In this document: piece by piece, positions 20,759 through 31,376 of the stretch | How positions within the stretch are numbered: position 1 is the stretch's first letter | Layout of the letters: each line of letters starts with the position of its first letter | NCBI GenBank assembly: GCA_041752275.1 | Contig: JBGSHK010000015.1 | Span: 64,641-128,640 of the forward strand | Source of the DNA: Minisyncoccia bacterium | Lineage (GTDB): Bacteria > Patescibacteriota > Minisyncoccia > Phycocordibacterales > CAIZLB01 | DNA length: 64,000 nt | Reading direction: 5' to 3' | Notes under the pieces: generated by a model | Database searches by the model: none | Seen by the model: the letters and a program-made list of their open reading frames with translations, nothing else | What the model was told of the DNA's origin: nothing | Position numbers and translations under genes: made by a program

Positions 20759-23700
20759 TTAAGCTTTATTTACTATAATTTCAAAATCATCTGATTGTGT
20801 TATTTGTATATCATTAGAATTTACAGATTGTTTTATCATATCTATATATACTGAAATATCTTCTTTTATTTTTATTGTTAAATTTATTTTGTCTAAAGGA
20901 ACAAGATTTAATTCTTTTCTCTTTGACTGTATTTCTCTAATTATATCCCTAACTAGACCCTCCACTCTCAGGTCTTCGGTTATGTTTGTATCTAATGCAA
21001 CTTCATCGCCTTCTGTTATGTTTTTGACATTTAATTCATCTTTTATAATATCCGTATAAATATTTTCAATAATTTCTTTTGATACAGATACGGACTCTAA
21101 AGGCTGTCTTACTTTTATACCCGCTTTATTTCGCAAAGCTAAACCTTGCTCTATTATTTGGCGAGTTTTTGACATTTTCTCAAGTACTGAAACATCTTGT
21201 ATATCTTTAAAATCTGGCCAGTTTTCTAGGTGAACAGATTCTTTTATATCTTTTACTTTGGCAAAATCTTTTATAAAAAGATATATCTCCTCAGCCATAA
21301 AGGGTGTAAACGGAGCTATAACTTTAGATAAATTTAATAAAATAATCAAAAGATTTTTAGTAACTATCGAAGCGTCTCCTTCTTCGTCTTTAAAACGATC
21401 ACGACAACGGCGAAGATACCAAGTCGAAAGCTCTTCAACAAAATCCAATATAGGTTTTGCAGCTCTGTCTGTTTGATAAATATCCAAGTTCTCTGTCGCG
21501 TCTTTTATAAGAGTATTGAGTTTTATATCTATCCACGCATCCAACTCATTTTTATTTGAAAAATCGTTTTCAAGATTTATATCAAGATTTTTAACGCCAT
21601 ACATTTCTAAAAATGAAATAGTATTTGAAATCTTATTGAAAAACTTATTATTTATCTCGTTCAACATCTTTTGTGAAAATGCATATTCCTCGGCTCGAGT
21701 CACGGGAGATGAGAGTAAGAAATATCGAAGTGAGTCGGCCCCAAACTCCTCTACTACAGGCACAAGCTCGGCATAGTTACCTAAACTCTTAGACATCTTT
21801 TTACCGTCCTCAGCCAAAACCATACCACTTACTATTACATTTTTAAACGGAGCCTTATCAAATAAAGCCGCTGACATAAATAACATATAGTAAAACCAGC
21901 CACGAGTTTGATCCAAACTCTCAGCTACAAAGTCTACTGTAAGGTTTTGCTTAAAATCTTTTTGCTCTGACTCGTTAAAATCAAATGGATAATGAACAGA
22001 TGAAAAAGGCATTGACCCAGCATCATACCAAACATCAAGTACTTCAGATAATCTTGTATATGTTTCCCCATTTTCCACAAAAACAACTTCATCTATATGT
22101 GGTCTGTGAAAATCAAGCTCGTACTCAGTGTTGTGTGGTATGAATGCAAAATCTATCTTTGCATACTCAGAAGGTTTTGTTTTTTTATAAACTTTTTTTT
22201 CTTTTATTATATCTTCAAGATTATTACCGTCGGCAATATGATGAGTATTGTATACACAACCTTCATGGGTAACTATTAATATATTTTTATCTTTATTTTC
22301 TTTATCTGTTTCATATAAGAACTCGGCAACTCGTTTTTTTACATCGAGAAGACTTTCACCTTTTGGAAATGATTTACTAAACTTTTCTGATATATTTATT
22401 GCATATGTGTTATATATATCATCACCTTGACCATCCAAATCACCATATTGTTGTTCTATGAGCCTCGCATCTATTTTTATCTCTATATCTTTTCCTAATT
22501 TATCTTTTACAACTTGTTTTACTATAGCTGCAGTTTCTCTTGTTCGAACTATTGGAGAAGAATAAATCACATCTGGTATATTATTTTCTGCTATCATTTT
22601 CTCTACTGAAATACGAACATCTTCTTTTCCTTTATCGGTAAGATGATGTCGACTTGAAAACTCTAGTCCTGAACTCATAACAGATTCTATAAGATGAGTT
22701 GCCTCACCGTGTCTCATCGCTGTGTATGTATTTCTTCTTGTTTTACTTTTTATTTCATCAACTGAACCAAGACAGATATATTTATTTACAGACTCTTCAT
22801 TTGAAGACTTCCAAACTGGAAGTGGTGTTCCCCAATAGCGACTACGTGACACTGCCCAGTCACGGTTATTTTCCAACCATGAATGAAGTCTCTTATGTCC
22901 AATCTCATCTGGATACCAGTTTATACTGTTGTTTATTTCTATCATTCTATCCTTAACGGCTGTGGTTTTTATAAACCAAGATGATGTAGCATAGTTTAAC
23001 AAAGGTGTTTTACATCTCCAACAATGAGGATAACTATGAGTGTACTTTTCTTTTGCAAATAAGTACCCGTTGTGAGCAAGATATTTTATAACTTCAATAT
23101 CAGCTTTAGAGTGATCGTCTGACGGTTTTACTTGGCCAGAAAAATCTTTAACTTCAACCGCAAAGTCACCGTGAGTTGTTACATGTTTTATAACCGGCAA
23201 ACCCTCTCTTTGAGCCAGCTTCATATCATCGTCACCAAAGGCTGGAGCTATGTGTACTACACCCGTTCCGTCTGTATCAGTTACAAAATCACCGCTGTAT
23301 ATTTTCCAAGTTTTATCTGTTTTTAAATCTTGGTAATAATCAAATACAGGTTGATATGATAAACCAAGAAGCTCTTCACCTTTTATTTCTTTTATAACAG
23401 AAAATTGTTCACCTTCTTTTTTTAACGTGTCGATTTTTTCAAGAGATGATTTTAAAATAATTATTTTCTTTGAACCTGTGTCTACTTGTAAGTAACTAAA
23501 ATCTTTGTTTATTGCTAATGCCACATTTCCAGGTAGTGTCCAAGGTGTAGTTGTCCAAGCTATGATTGATGAATCTTTATATTCTCCATCAAGAATGTTG
23601 AAATATACATATTCTGAAAGATCGGCAATATCTTTATACCCCTCTGTCACCTCATAGTTTGATAACACTGTCTCACAATGCGGACACCATGGCATAATTT

Positions 23701-24208
23701 TATAGCCCTCATACACCAAACCTTTTTTGTGCAATTCTTTGAAAGCCCACAGATTTGATTCCATGAAAGATGCATCTAGTGTTCTGTAATCATTTTCCAT
23801 ATCTACCCAACGACCCAACTTTGGAATAATCTTTTTCCAGTCATCGCGAAATTTGAAAACTGAAGCTCTGGCTGTTTCGTTGAATTTTCCAACACCAAAT
23901 TCTTCAATATCTTTTTTATCTTTAAAACCTAGAGTTTTTTCTGCCAAACTTTCTATCGGTAGACCATGAGTATCCCAACCCCAAGAACGAGGTACGTTAT
24001 AGCCTCTCATGGTTTTGTAACGAGGATACATATCTTTTATGGCCGAAGGTAAGGCATTTCCAAAGTGAGGAAGACCTGTAGCATATGGAGGTCCGTCATA
24101 ATAACGAAAAACTGCTTGATCCTTATTTTTATCAAGACTTTTTTGAAAAATGTTGTTATCCTGCCAAAATTTTAGTATTGCTGATTCACGCTCATTTGGG
24201 GTTTTCAT
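20759..24208 (-). CDS. ileS: isoleucine--tRNA ligase (type 2) with inserted histidine-phosphatase domain
   Basis: DGPPYATGLPH, GWDTHGLP, WTTTPWTLP, DQTRGWF, KMSKS; internal RHG domain. Confidence 0.96.
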   Translation of the reverse strand: MKTPNERESAILKFWQDNNIFQKSLDKNKDQAVFRYYDGPPYATGLPHFGNALPSAIKDMYPRYKTMRGYNVPRSWGWDTHGLPIESLAEKTLGFKDKKDIEEFGVGKFNETARASVFKFRDDWKKIIPKLGRWVDMENDYRTLDASFMESNLWAFKELHKKGLVYEGYKIMPWCPHCETVLSNYEVTEGYKDIADLSEYVYFNILDGEYKDSSIIAWTTTPWTLPGNVALAINKDFSYLQVDTGSKKIIILKSSLEKIDTLKKEGEQFSVIKEIKGEELLGLSYQPVFDYYQDLKTDKTWKIYSGDFVTDTDGTGVVHIAPAFGDDDMKLAQREGLPVIKHVTTHGDFAVEVKDFSGQVKPSDDHSKADIEVIKYLAHNGYLFAKEKYTHSYPHCWRCKTPLLNYATSSWFIKTTAVKDRMIEINNSINWYPDEIGHKRLHSWLENNRDWAVSRSRYWGTPLPVWKSSNEESVNKYICLGSVDEIKSKTRRNTYTAMRHGEATHLIESVMSSGLEFSSRHHLTDKGKEDVRISVEKMIAENNIPDVIYSSPIVRTRETAAIVKQVVKDKLGKDIEIKIDARLIEQQYGDLDGQGDDIYNTYAINISEKFSKSFPKGESLLDVKKRVAEFLYETDKENKDKNILIVTHEGCVYNTHHIADGNNLEDIIKEKKVYKKTKPSEYAKIDFAFIPHNTEYELDFHRPHIDEVVFVENGETYTRLSEVLDVWYDAGSMPFSSVHYPFDFNESEQKDFKQNLTVDFVAESLDQTRGWFYYMLFMSAALFDKAPFKNVIVSGMVLAEDGKKMSKSLGNYAELVPVVEEFGADSLRYFLLSSPVTRAEEYAFSQKMLNEINNKFFNKISNTISFLEMYGVKNLDINLENDFSNKNELDAWIDIKLNTLIKDATENLDIYQTDRAAKPILDFVEELSTWYLRRCRDRFKDEEGDASIVTKNLLIILLNLSKVIAPFTPFMAEEIYLFIKDFAKVKDIKESVHLENWPDFKDIQDVSVLEKMSKTRQIIEQGLALRNKAGIKVRQPLESVSVSKEIIENIYTDIIKDELNVKNITEGDEVALDTNITEDLRVEGLVRDIIREIQSKRKELNLVPLDKINLTIKIKEDISVYIDMIKQSVNSNDIQITQSDDFEIIVNKA

Positions 24209-24318
24209 GTATTGGATTATACATTATTTTGGGGATTTTGGGAGGGTTTATATGGTTATATAAAATACAAAATCCCAGCTTTTTATGGCTGAGATTTTTA
24301 TAAGATTTTGAAAATATA

Positions 24319-25065
24319 TTACTCTTGTTGACCTTTTTTCATATAACCTGTAAATGCTTGCATAACCTCAAGTGGTATAGCATATACAACAGTATTTGAA
24401 GCATCTGAAGACATGTCGTTTATAGACTGCAAAGTTCTTAAGTGAAGTGCCCCTGGTACAGCAGATAATGTTCTTGCAGCCTGAGCCATGTTTTCTGATG
24501 CTGCAACCTCTCCTTCTGAGGTTATAATCACGGCTCTTTTCTCTCTTTCTGCTTCAGCTTGTTTAGCAATAGTTCTTTCCATATTCTCAGGTAGTTTTAC
24601 ATCCTTAAGCTCTACAGAAGAAACCTTTAGTCCCCATGAAGCTGATACAGCTTCAACAAGCACCTCTATACGATCTGCTATTTGATCACGACTTGATAAA
24701 AGTTCATCAAGTGTTGCACCACCTACAACATTTCTCATACTTGTTTGAGCATATTGCATCATTGCATATCTAAAGTTCTCTATCTCTAAAATAGCTTTTT
24801 CTGCATCTACTACTTTATAGTAGATCACTGCGTTTACGTTCACTGGTACATTATCTTTTGTGATAGCGTTTTGATCAGGAACATCCACAGCTTTAGTTCT
24901 AAGATCAACTTTTTGATAAGATTGGATGATAGGAAAAACTATTCTCCATCCAGGATTCATTGTTTTATGAAATTTTCCGAACATGAATTTTAATCCTTTT
25001 TCGTATTGGTTAACTTGACGAATTGAGATTAAAAGTAAAATTATTATTGGTATGATTATTTGCAT
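24319..25065 (-). CDS. SPFH/band 7 (stomatin-like) protein
   Basis: ITKDNVPVNV, QAEAEREKRA, LRTLQS. Confidence 0.92.
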   Translation of the reverse strand: MQIIIPIIILLLISIRQVNQYEKGLKFMFGKFHKTMNPGWRIVFPIIQSYQKVDLRTKAVDVPDQNAITKDNVPVNVNAVIYYKVVDAEKAILEIENFRYAMMQYAQTSMRNVVGGATLDELLSSRDQIADRIEVLVEAVSASWGLKVSSVELKDVKLPENMERTIAKQAEAEREKRAVIITSEGEVAASENMAQAARTLSAVPGALHLRTLQSINDMSSDASNTVVYAIPLEVMQAFTGYMKKGQQE

Positions 25066-25082
25066 ATAGGTATTATATCACT

Positions 25083-26549
25083 TTAATTCTTCTTTCTCAT
25101 CAAAGGAAATGCCTGACATTCTCTCAAAGTCTTACCTTCCAAGAAACTAAATAATCTCTCAGACGTTCCGAAACCAAAAGCTGGTGGCATACCATACTCC
25201 ATAGCTTCAACAAAATCCATATCAGCCATCTGTGCCTCATCATCACCTGCATCCCTTAAAGCTTGCTGTGACATAAATCTTTCTCTTTGATCTATAGGGT
25301 CGTTAAGTTCTGAAAATCCTTTTCCTACCTCACTTCCTGCCAATATAACTTGGAATCTTTCCACAACCCTATTATCTTCAACTGACTTCTTTGCTAAAGG
25401 TTCAAGATAAACCGGTATACCAACAAGAAATCCTGGACCAGCTAAAGTCTTTCTTACTTTCTTCCATAACAAATCTATTCCCCTCTCAACTGACAAAGTT
25501 TTTTTATCATATTCAACCTCATTATTTTTTAATTCATTTTCAACTTCATCAACATTTGTATTGTGAACATCTATATTATATTTTTCTTGTATAATCTTTG
25601 AGAAATCATATATCTCCCAGTTATCCTTCAGGTCAAAAGTTAGCCCTTTGTTTTCAAAAGTTGTTTTTCCATATACCTCCTCTGCAATCTTTATGTATAA
25701 TTCTTTAGTCATTTCCATACCTTTTGTAAAGTCAGAGTATGCCTCATAAAACTCTACTTGAGTATAGTCCTGTGCATGCTCTGGAGACATTCCCTCATTG
25801 CGAAATATTCGTCCTATTTCAAAAGTTTTTGGAAGTCCTGCTATCAATAATCTCTTTTGCCATAGTTCACCTGCTGATATTCTCAAGAAGACCTCCATAT
25901 CCAATGCATTATGATGAGTTACAAAAGGTCGAGCATCTGCACCACCTGTAGTATTCTCTAATACAGGGGTTTCTACTTCTATATAATCCTGCTTCAATAA
26001 AAAAGTTCGAATAGTATTCCAAAAAATACTTCTTCTCTTCATCATGTCGCGGTTATCTTTATTTAAAATAAAATCCAAATATCGCTTTCTATATCTCTCA
26101 TCTTCATCTTCTATACCATAAAATGAATCTGGTATAGGTCTTAAACTTTTTGTTAAAAGTCTCCATGTTTTTACAGACAAAGCATTTGTCTCTCTTTTTG
26201 TAACATAAGCTTTTCCTGTAAACTCTATAAAGTCGCCTGTGTCTATAAGTTCAAAAAAACTGTTAATTGTTTCCTCACCCATATTTTCAAGAGATAAAAA
26301 ACATTGTACTTTTTCAGATGTACCATCGATAATATCTACAAAACCAAGTTTACCTTGTCCACGTACTGAGATAATACGACCACCTACTATTATTTCTTTT
26401 TGAGAATCTAAAAGGTCTTTGAAAGAGTCAGTAAACTCTGCATTTGTAGTGTCTATATTTGATTTAACAGGAAAAGCTTCTATTCCCTTGTCTTTTAATA
26501 GTTTTACTTTTTCAGCGCGTGCATCGCGGATGTCGTCTATTGATGTCAT
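25083..26549 (-). CDS. lysS: lysine--tRNA ligase (class II)
   Basis: GGADARPF, FRNEGM, ELNDP, YGMPP. Confidence 0.96.
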   Translation of the reverse strand: MTSIDDIRDARAEKVKLLKDKGIEAFPVKSNIDTTNAEFTDSFKDLLDSQKEIIVGGRIISVRGQGKLGFVDIIDGTSEKVQCFLSLENMGEETINSFFELIDTGDFIEFTGKAYVTKRETNALSVKTWRLLTKSLRPIPDSFYGIEDEDERYRKRYLDFILNKDNRDMMKRRSIFWNTIRTFLLKQDYIEVETPVLENTTGGADARPFVTHHNALDMEVFLRISAGELWQKRLLIAGLPKTFEIGRIFRNEGMSPEHAQDYTQVEFYEAYSDFTKGMEMTKELYIKIAEEVYGKTTFENKGLTFDLKDNWEIYDFSKIIQEKYNIDVHNTNVDEVENELKNNEVEYDKKTLSVERGIDLLWKKVRKTLAGPGFLVGIPVYLEPLAKKSVEDNRVVERFQVILAGSEVGKGFSELNDPIDQRERFMSQQALRDAGDDEAQMADMDFVEAMEYGMPPAFGFGTSERLFSFLEGKTLRECQAFPLMRKKN

Positions 26550-26591
26550 AGGTGCAGTTTAGCATGTTTTAGGAAATGAAAAAACTCTATT

Positions 26592-28340
26592 CTACATCTT
26601 CTCAACCACCCGTATCCCCAGCACCATCAAACCATGAGTCAATACATCCCTAGTCTTAACACACAAATCCAACAACTCACCATGAACTTTATCATCCTCA
26701 ATGATTTTATTTTTATTATAAAAACTATTAAACCTTGATGCGAGGTCAATCAAATACTGAGCAATATATTGTGGCGCCATTTCATCAATAGCTTTGTAAC
26801 ATATATGATTGTATCTCCAAAGAGTTCTATTAAGATTTTGTGCCTCATTGGACATTTCTTTTTTCACATTAGAAAATTCTAAGCCTTCAGTTTTTTTAAC
26901 TATAGAATTTATACGAACAACAGCATATTGTATATATGGACCAGAATCCCCTTCAAGCGATAAAGATTTCTCTTTATCGAAAACTATATCTTTTCTAAAG
27001 TTTTGTTTAAGTATAGAAAATTTAATACCAGCCACAGCAACATCACGAGATATATTTTTCTTTTCATCTTCTGTTAAGTCACGGTCTTTCATTTTCTCAT
27101 ATGAAGCAGCCATCATATCTTCAACAAGCTCATCTCCAGCAATAATCTTTCCTGTTCTAGAACTCATCTTTTCACCGACCAACTTCATCATTCCATGACT
27201 TACATGTTCCATCAAAGATCCTATCTCTGGCATCAGCATAGTTATAACTTTCTTAGTCACTTTAAAAATATCATTTTGCTCGTTTGCAGTAACAATAATA
27301 CTCTCATCAAAATTCCACAAATCATATTTCATTTTAGCTAAACCTATTTCTTTCGCCTCATATGTCGGTATACCTTTAGCGTTTACAAAGACACGTGTAT
27401 GTAAACCATAATCTTCACCTTTAAATATGATTGCATCATTTTCACCCTTTGCAAATATATTTGATTCTGAATTTAAATTATTTATGACTATATCTTTTCC
27501 CAAAGGAGCCGTAATACTTTCAAAGAAATAATAATCAAATTTTGTCCCTAATATTTCATATAATTCTTCAAATTTCTGTAACGACCATTCTCGTCCTTGA
27601 TCATATAAAAGATTTACCTCTTCATCAGATCTGTCATAAATCTTCTGATTCATAATTTCTATCTCTGATATAACTTTTTTATATTCTTCACTTTCCTCCC
27701 CGTTTTCTTTTGCTTCAGCTAACTTTTTATTGCCCAACACATAGGCCTGTCCTAGAAACTTTACTTTATCTGTTATAGATATAGTCTCACTATCTGGCCA
27801 AGGTGTTTCCATAAAACGAAGTCCCCACATAGTTACAGCAAGATGACGCCCTGTATCTCCTTGATATGAATATCTTTTTACTTCAGCACCAGCAAGCTCA
27901 CCTATACGAGAAACCGCCTCGCCTATAGTGTTAGCCATAAGATGGCCAATATGAAACTCTTTCATTGGATTTGGATCAGTATATTCGTATGCGATCTTTT
28001 TTCCTGTAAAATCTTTATGATAAATATTTTTATTTTTATCAACCTTAAAGTCATCTGTTAAATAAAAGTTTACATATGCGTCAGCTGCTTCAACTTTTTT
28101 GAAAATAGTTTTATCAAGTTGTTGATGTAAATATTCAGTAAGATTTATAGCTACAATTATTGGATTTTGATTAAATACTTTTGATGTGACTAAAGCAAAG
28201 TTAGTATATAGATCCCCCCTATCGATATCTTTGTTTATATCAACCACAAATTTAATTTTTTCCATATCTTCGTCTGAAATATTGTTTATTTTCAAGAAAG
28301 AAATACAGGTGTTTTTTATGAGTTCTGCGATTTGTAACAT
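26592..28340 (-). CDS. argS: arginine--tRNA ligase
   Basis: DPNPMKEFHIGH, KMSSRTG, GDSGPYIQY. Confidence 0.95.
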   Translation of the reverse strand: MLQIAELIKNTCISFLKINNISDEDMEKIKFVVDINKDIDRGDLYTNFALVTSKVFNQNPIIVAINLTEYLHQQLDKTIFKKVEAADAYVNFYLTDDFKVDKNKNIYHKDFTGKKIAYEYTDPNPMKEFHIGHLMANTIGEAVSRIGELAGAEVKRYSYQGDTGRHLAVTMWGLRFMETPWPDSETISITDKVKFLGQAYVLGNKKLAEAKENGEESEEYKKVISEIEIMNQKIYDRSDEEVNLLYDQGREWSLQKFEELYEILGTKFDYYFFESITAPLGKDIVINNLNSESNIFAKGENDAIIFKGEDYGLHTRVFVNAKGIPTYEAKEIGLAKMKYDLWNFDESIIVTANEQNDIFKVTKKVITMLMPEIGSLMEHVSHGMMKLVGEKMSSRTGKIIAGDELVEDMMAASYEKMKDRDLTEDEKKNISRDVAVAGIKFSILKQNFRKDIVFDKEKSLSLEGDSGPYIQYAVVRINSIVKKTEGLEFSNVKKEMSNEAQNLNRTLWRYNHICYKAIDEMAPQYIAQYLIDLASRFNSFYNKNKIIEDDKVHGELLDLCVKTRDVLTHGLMVLGIRVVEKM

Positions 28341-28423
28341 ATAGTTTTAATATAGCAGAATATAGGCAGTAAAAAAAGCCGACCTTTAGAAGAGGTAGGC
28401 TTTGGAATGAAAGGAGGTTTTGT

Positions 28424-28945
28424 TTACACTTGACTTTGCATCAACTCGATAATCTGCTTCGAAATTGCATCAACATCGGGAGTCTCGAAAGTAAACCATT
28501 GTTCGTTGGAGTTTGCCTTAACAGTTTGTTGCAAAAGTGACAATGCCATTCTTCTTCCATTGTTTCCTGGCATAAATCGGATATGTATATGAACAATATT
28601 GACTGAACTTAATGCTATGTTCTTGATGTAACTATATGCATCTGTTGCCATATTATCCTCTCTGGTCTGATCGAGAGACTCAATTAAGATAAAGAATTCA
28701 GACAATAACCCGTTACTAATGTTAATAGGGTTGGTGGAAACCTTAATCCAATTTACAGCTTCTAAAAAAGCAAAGTGACCTTGGCCGTAATGTAAAAAAT
28801 GATTCGACTGAAGCTTTTGATAGGCAAAAGAAACAGGATTCGCCTGTAAAACATCCAAGTCTATAAGTTCACGATAAACCTTATCCCTCAAAACAGGATC
28901 CGGACACGAAATATCAAACAGTGTATTTTTTGTTGTAGTACTCAC
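28424..28945 (-). CDS. hypothetical protein
   Basis: 173-aa ORF with GTG start; no recognisable motif. Confidence 0.6.
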   Translation of the reverse strand: MSTTTKNTLFDISCPDPVLRDKVYRELIDLDVLQANPVSFAYQKLQSNHFLHYGQGHFAFLEAVNWIKVSTNPINISNGLLSEFFILIESLDQTREDNMATDAYSYIKNIALSSVNIVHIHIRFMPGNNGRRMALSLLQQTVKANSNEQWFTFETPDVDAISKQIIELMQSQV

Positions 28946-28980
28946 ACAAACAAAATACCACGTATATAAAATAAATCAAC

Positions 28981-29655
28981 CTACTCATTCACCTCCTTCC
29001 ACACCATCTCATGTATAGCATCAATACTCAAAAGTTCACCTTCTGGTGCACAGTCAATAACTATCCAATTATATTTCTTAGCTACATAAAGAAAAGCATT
29101 CGATGCTTTCATCAAGTGTTCCATATCAGCTTCATGAATATCTTTTTTCTTACCTTTTAGATAATCTTTATCCACACGTTCTGCCATAAGTTTTTGGCTG
29201 ATCTCAGGATGCACATAAAGAAAAACTATTTTATCAGGTCTTGGAATATTTAAAATCTTAAACTCGAGATTATCTAGCCATTCTAGATAAGTATCTCTTT
29301 CTACTAAATCATCAATCTTTCCAGCCTGATGTCCCATATTTGAAGAAGTAAATCTGTCACAAATAACATTCATTCCTTGATTAAAACATTTTCTAATATC
29401 AAAAGATCCATCATATCTATCTGTTGCATAAAAAACTGATCCCGCATACGGGCCAGCTTCTTCAGCGGTTCCATATTCGCCATGTAAATATTTTTCAACC
29501 ATTGCACAAGCAGGATTTCCATACCTAGGGAAAGAAAACATTTCAGTCGGTTGACCTTCAGCTATAAACCTTTCTTTTAAAAGTTTTGTTTGTGTCGCCT
29601 TACCTGAACAATCAGTTCCTTCTATTGCTATAAATATTGGTTTTCTTTGTGTCAT
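28981..29655 (-). CDS. tmk: thymidylate kinase
   Basis: IEGTDCSGKATQ, SFPRY, CDRF. Confidence 0.9.
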   Translation of the reverse strand: MTQRKPIFIAIEGTDCSGKATQTKLLKERFIAEGQPTEMFSFPRYGNPACAMVEKYLHGEYGTAEEAGPYAGSVFYATDRYDGSFDIRKCFNQGMNVICDRFTSSNMGHQAGKIDDLVERDTYLEWLDNLEFKILNIPRPDKIVFLYVHPEISQKLMAERVDKDYLKGKKKDIHEADMEHLMKASNAFLYVAKKYNWIVIDCAPEGELLSIDAIHEMVWKEVNE

Positions 29656-29675
29656 ATGTTTTTTATTTTTATTTA

Positions 29676-30101
29676 TTACTTACTACCACTACTACCAAAA
29701 GCCCCCTCCCCTCGTGCTGAATCCGACAACTCATCACATTCAACAACTTCAGCATGCAATACCGGCATGATAAGTATCTGTATTATTTTATCTCCCGACT
29801 TAAATTCATAATCTTTGTCAGACAAATTCATCATACCAACATGTATCTCACCTCTGTATCCAGCATCTATGATCCCTCCATAACTTTTAAGCCCATGCTT
29901 ATGTGACAATCCACTTTTATCAAAAAGTATACCTACATAACCGTCAGGTATTTCTATAGCTATACCTATTGGTATCGATTTTCTTTCTCCTTGTTTAAAA
30001 ATCAAATCTTCTGGAATATACAAATCCAAACCTGCATCCCCTGCATAGGCATAACTTGGTATTTTTGCATTGGGATGAAGTTTTTTAAATTTTAATTGCA
30101 T
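29676..30101 (-). CDS. dut: dUTP diphosphatase
   Basis: AGLDL, GIIDAGYRGE, RGEGAFGSSG. Confidence 0.96.
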   Translation of the reverse strand: MQLKFKKLHPNAKIPSYAYAGDAGLDLYIPEDLIFKQGERKSIPIGIAIEIPDGYVGILFDKSGLSHKHGLKSYGGIIDAGYRGEIHVGMMNLSDKDYEFKSGDKIIQILIMPVLHAEVVECDELSDSARGEGAFGSSGSK

Positions 30102-30112
30102 ATATTTATGTA

Positions 30113-30628
30113 TTAATATTTTGTAATATTTTTATCAAGTATTTCAAGTTTTACTTTTGTTTCTTTAAAAATTCTTTTACTTTGAGCTGATGCTTGATAA
30201 TCTTGTTTTGCAACAACTCGTATAATACCAGCGTTAATAATAAGTTTTGCACATGTATAACATGGTGTCATCGTACAGTACAAAGTTGCACCTTGAAGTG
30301 ACACGCCAACACGTGATGCTTGTATCAACGCATTTTGCTCTGCGTGTATAGTTCTTATGCAGTGCATAGTTTCAGTTCCATCGTCATGGGTTACTTTATG
30401 CATCTCATGTCCAACCTCATCACAATGTTTTGCACCCTGAGGCGAACCTACATAACCTGTAGTTAGTATACGTTTGTCTTTTGTTATGACACATCCTGAT
30501 CTACCTCTGTTGCAAGTTGCTCTATGCCCTATAGTTTCAACCAGCTCCATAAAATATTGGTCCCAGGATGGTCTAGTTTTTTGTTCTGGTTTTTTACCTG
30601 TTTTTACGGTTGCGGTTTTTTTATCCAT
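30113..30628 (-). CDS. dCMP deaminase (ComEB family)
   Basis: RPSWDQYFM, HAEQNA, PCYTC. Confidence 0.92.
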   Translation of the reverse strand: MDKKTATVKTGKKPEQKTRPSWDQYFMELVETIGHRATCNRGRSGCVITKDKRILTTGYVGSPQGAKHCDEVGHEMHKVTHDDGTETMHCIRTIHAEQNALIQASRVGVSLQGATLYCTMTPCYTCAKLIINAGIIRVVAKQDYQASAQSKRIFKETKVKLEILDKNITKY

Positions 30629-30666
30629 TAGATAAATTATAGCATTTTGACTTTTTTGAGGTATGC

Positions 30667-30696
30667 TTGACTTTTGTATACAAATTATGTTATAAT
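30667..30696 (+). promoter_or_regulatory. sigma70-type promoter
   Basis: TTGACT, 18 nt, TGtTATAAT. Confidence 0.65.
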
Positions 30697-30736
30697 ATAT
30701 AAGCTAAAGTAAGCAAACTACCGATACTACCGAACC

Positions 30737-31312
30737 ATGAAAAACATTATTACATTCGTTTCTTTCCTCTTTTTCACCATTACCGGTGTGAAGGCATCGG
30801 CTACTTTGACCTTCATTGGAGAAGGATGGTTTACTCAAAACCAAAGAAACTTTATTTCAACTGAAAACGGATATCAGTACTCTGCGACTGATTGGTACTC
30901 CCAAAACACACCAAGGAATACAGCGGTTATTGAATTCAACATCAACAACTATCAAAATTTCTGGAACGTTCAATTTGGTGCACCGACAGGACAAGTTTTA
31001 ACACTTGGAACCTATTATAATGCTACAAAATATACTCCCGGCCATACTCAACCATTCATGAATCTTTATGGCGGAGGTAGAGCATGGTCAGAAATAAATG
31101 GATGGTTTAACATCCTGGAAATTGAATGGGGTACTAATAATGTTGTTACCAAACTCGCAGTCGATTTTGGAATATTTCAAAACCCCATCTCTTGGGCCGA
31201 AGGATCAGTTCGTATGAACTCCAATATACCGATCCCATCCATCCCAGAACCCGGAGCTCCAATCATGTCAGCCATCAGCCTAACTCTCCTCTCATGGAGA
31301 CGTGGCCGTTAA
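30737..31312 (+). CDS. secreted protein with PEP-CTERM sorting signal
   Basis: Signal peptide; C-terminal IPEPG, hydrophobic helix, RRGR. Confidence 0.8.
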   Translation: MKNIITFVSFLFFTITGVKASATLTFIGEGWFTQNQRNFISTENGYQYSATDWYSQNTPRNTAVIEFNINNYQNFWNVQFGAPTGQVLTLGTYYNATKYTPGHTQPFMNLYGGGRAWSEINGWFNILEIEWGTNNVVTKLAVDFGIFQNPISWAEGSVRMNSNIPIPSIPEPGAPIMSAISLTLLSWRRGR

Positions 31313-31320
31313 CAAACAAC

Positions 31321-31363
31321 AATTCTCTCGTACATACCCCCGTGGTGTGTACGAGAATTTTTT
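31321..31363 (+). terminator. intrinsic terminator
   Basis: ctcgtacatacc/ggtgtgtacgag hairpin then T-tract. Confidence 0.7.
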
Positions 31364-31376
31364 TATTTATATATTT

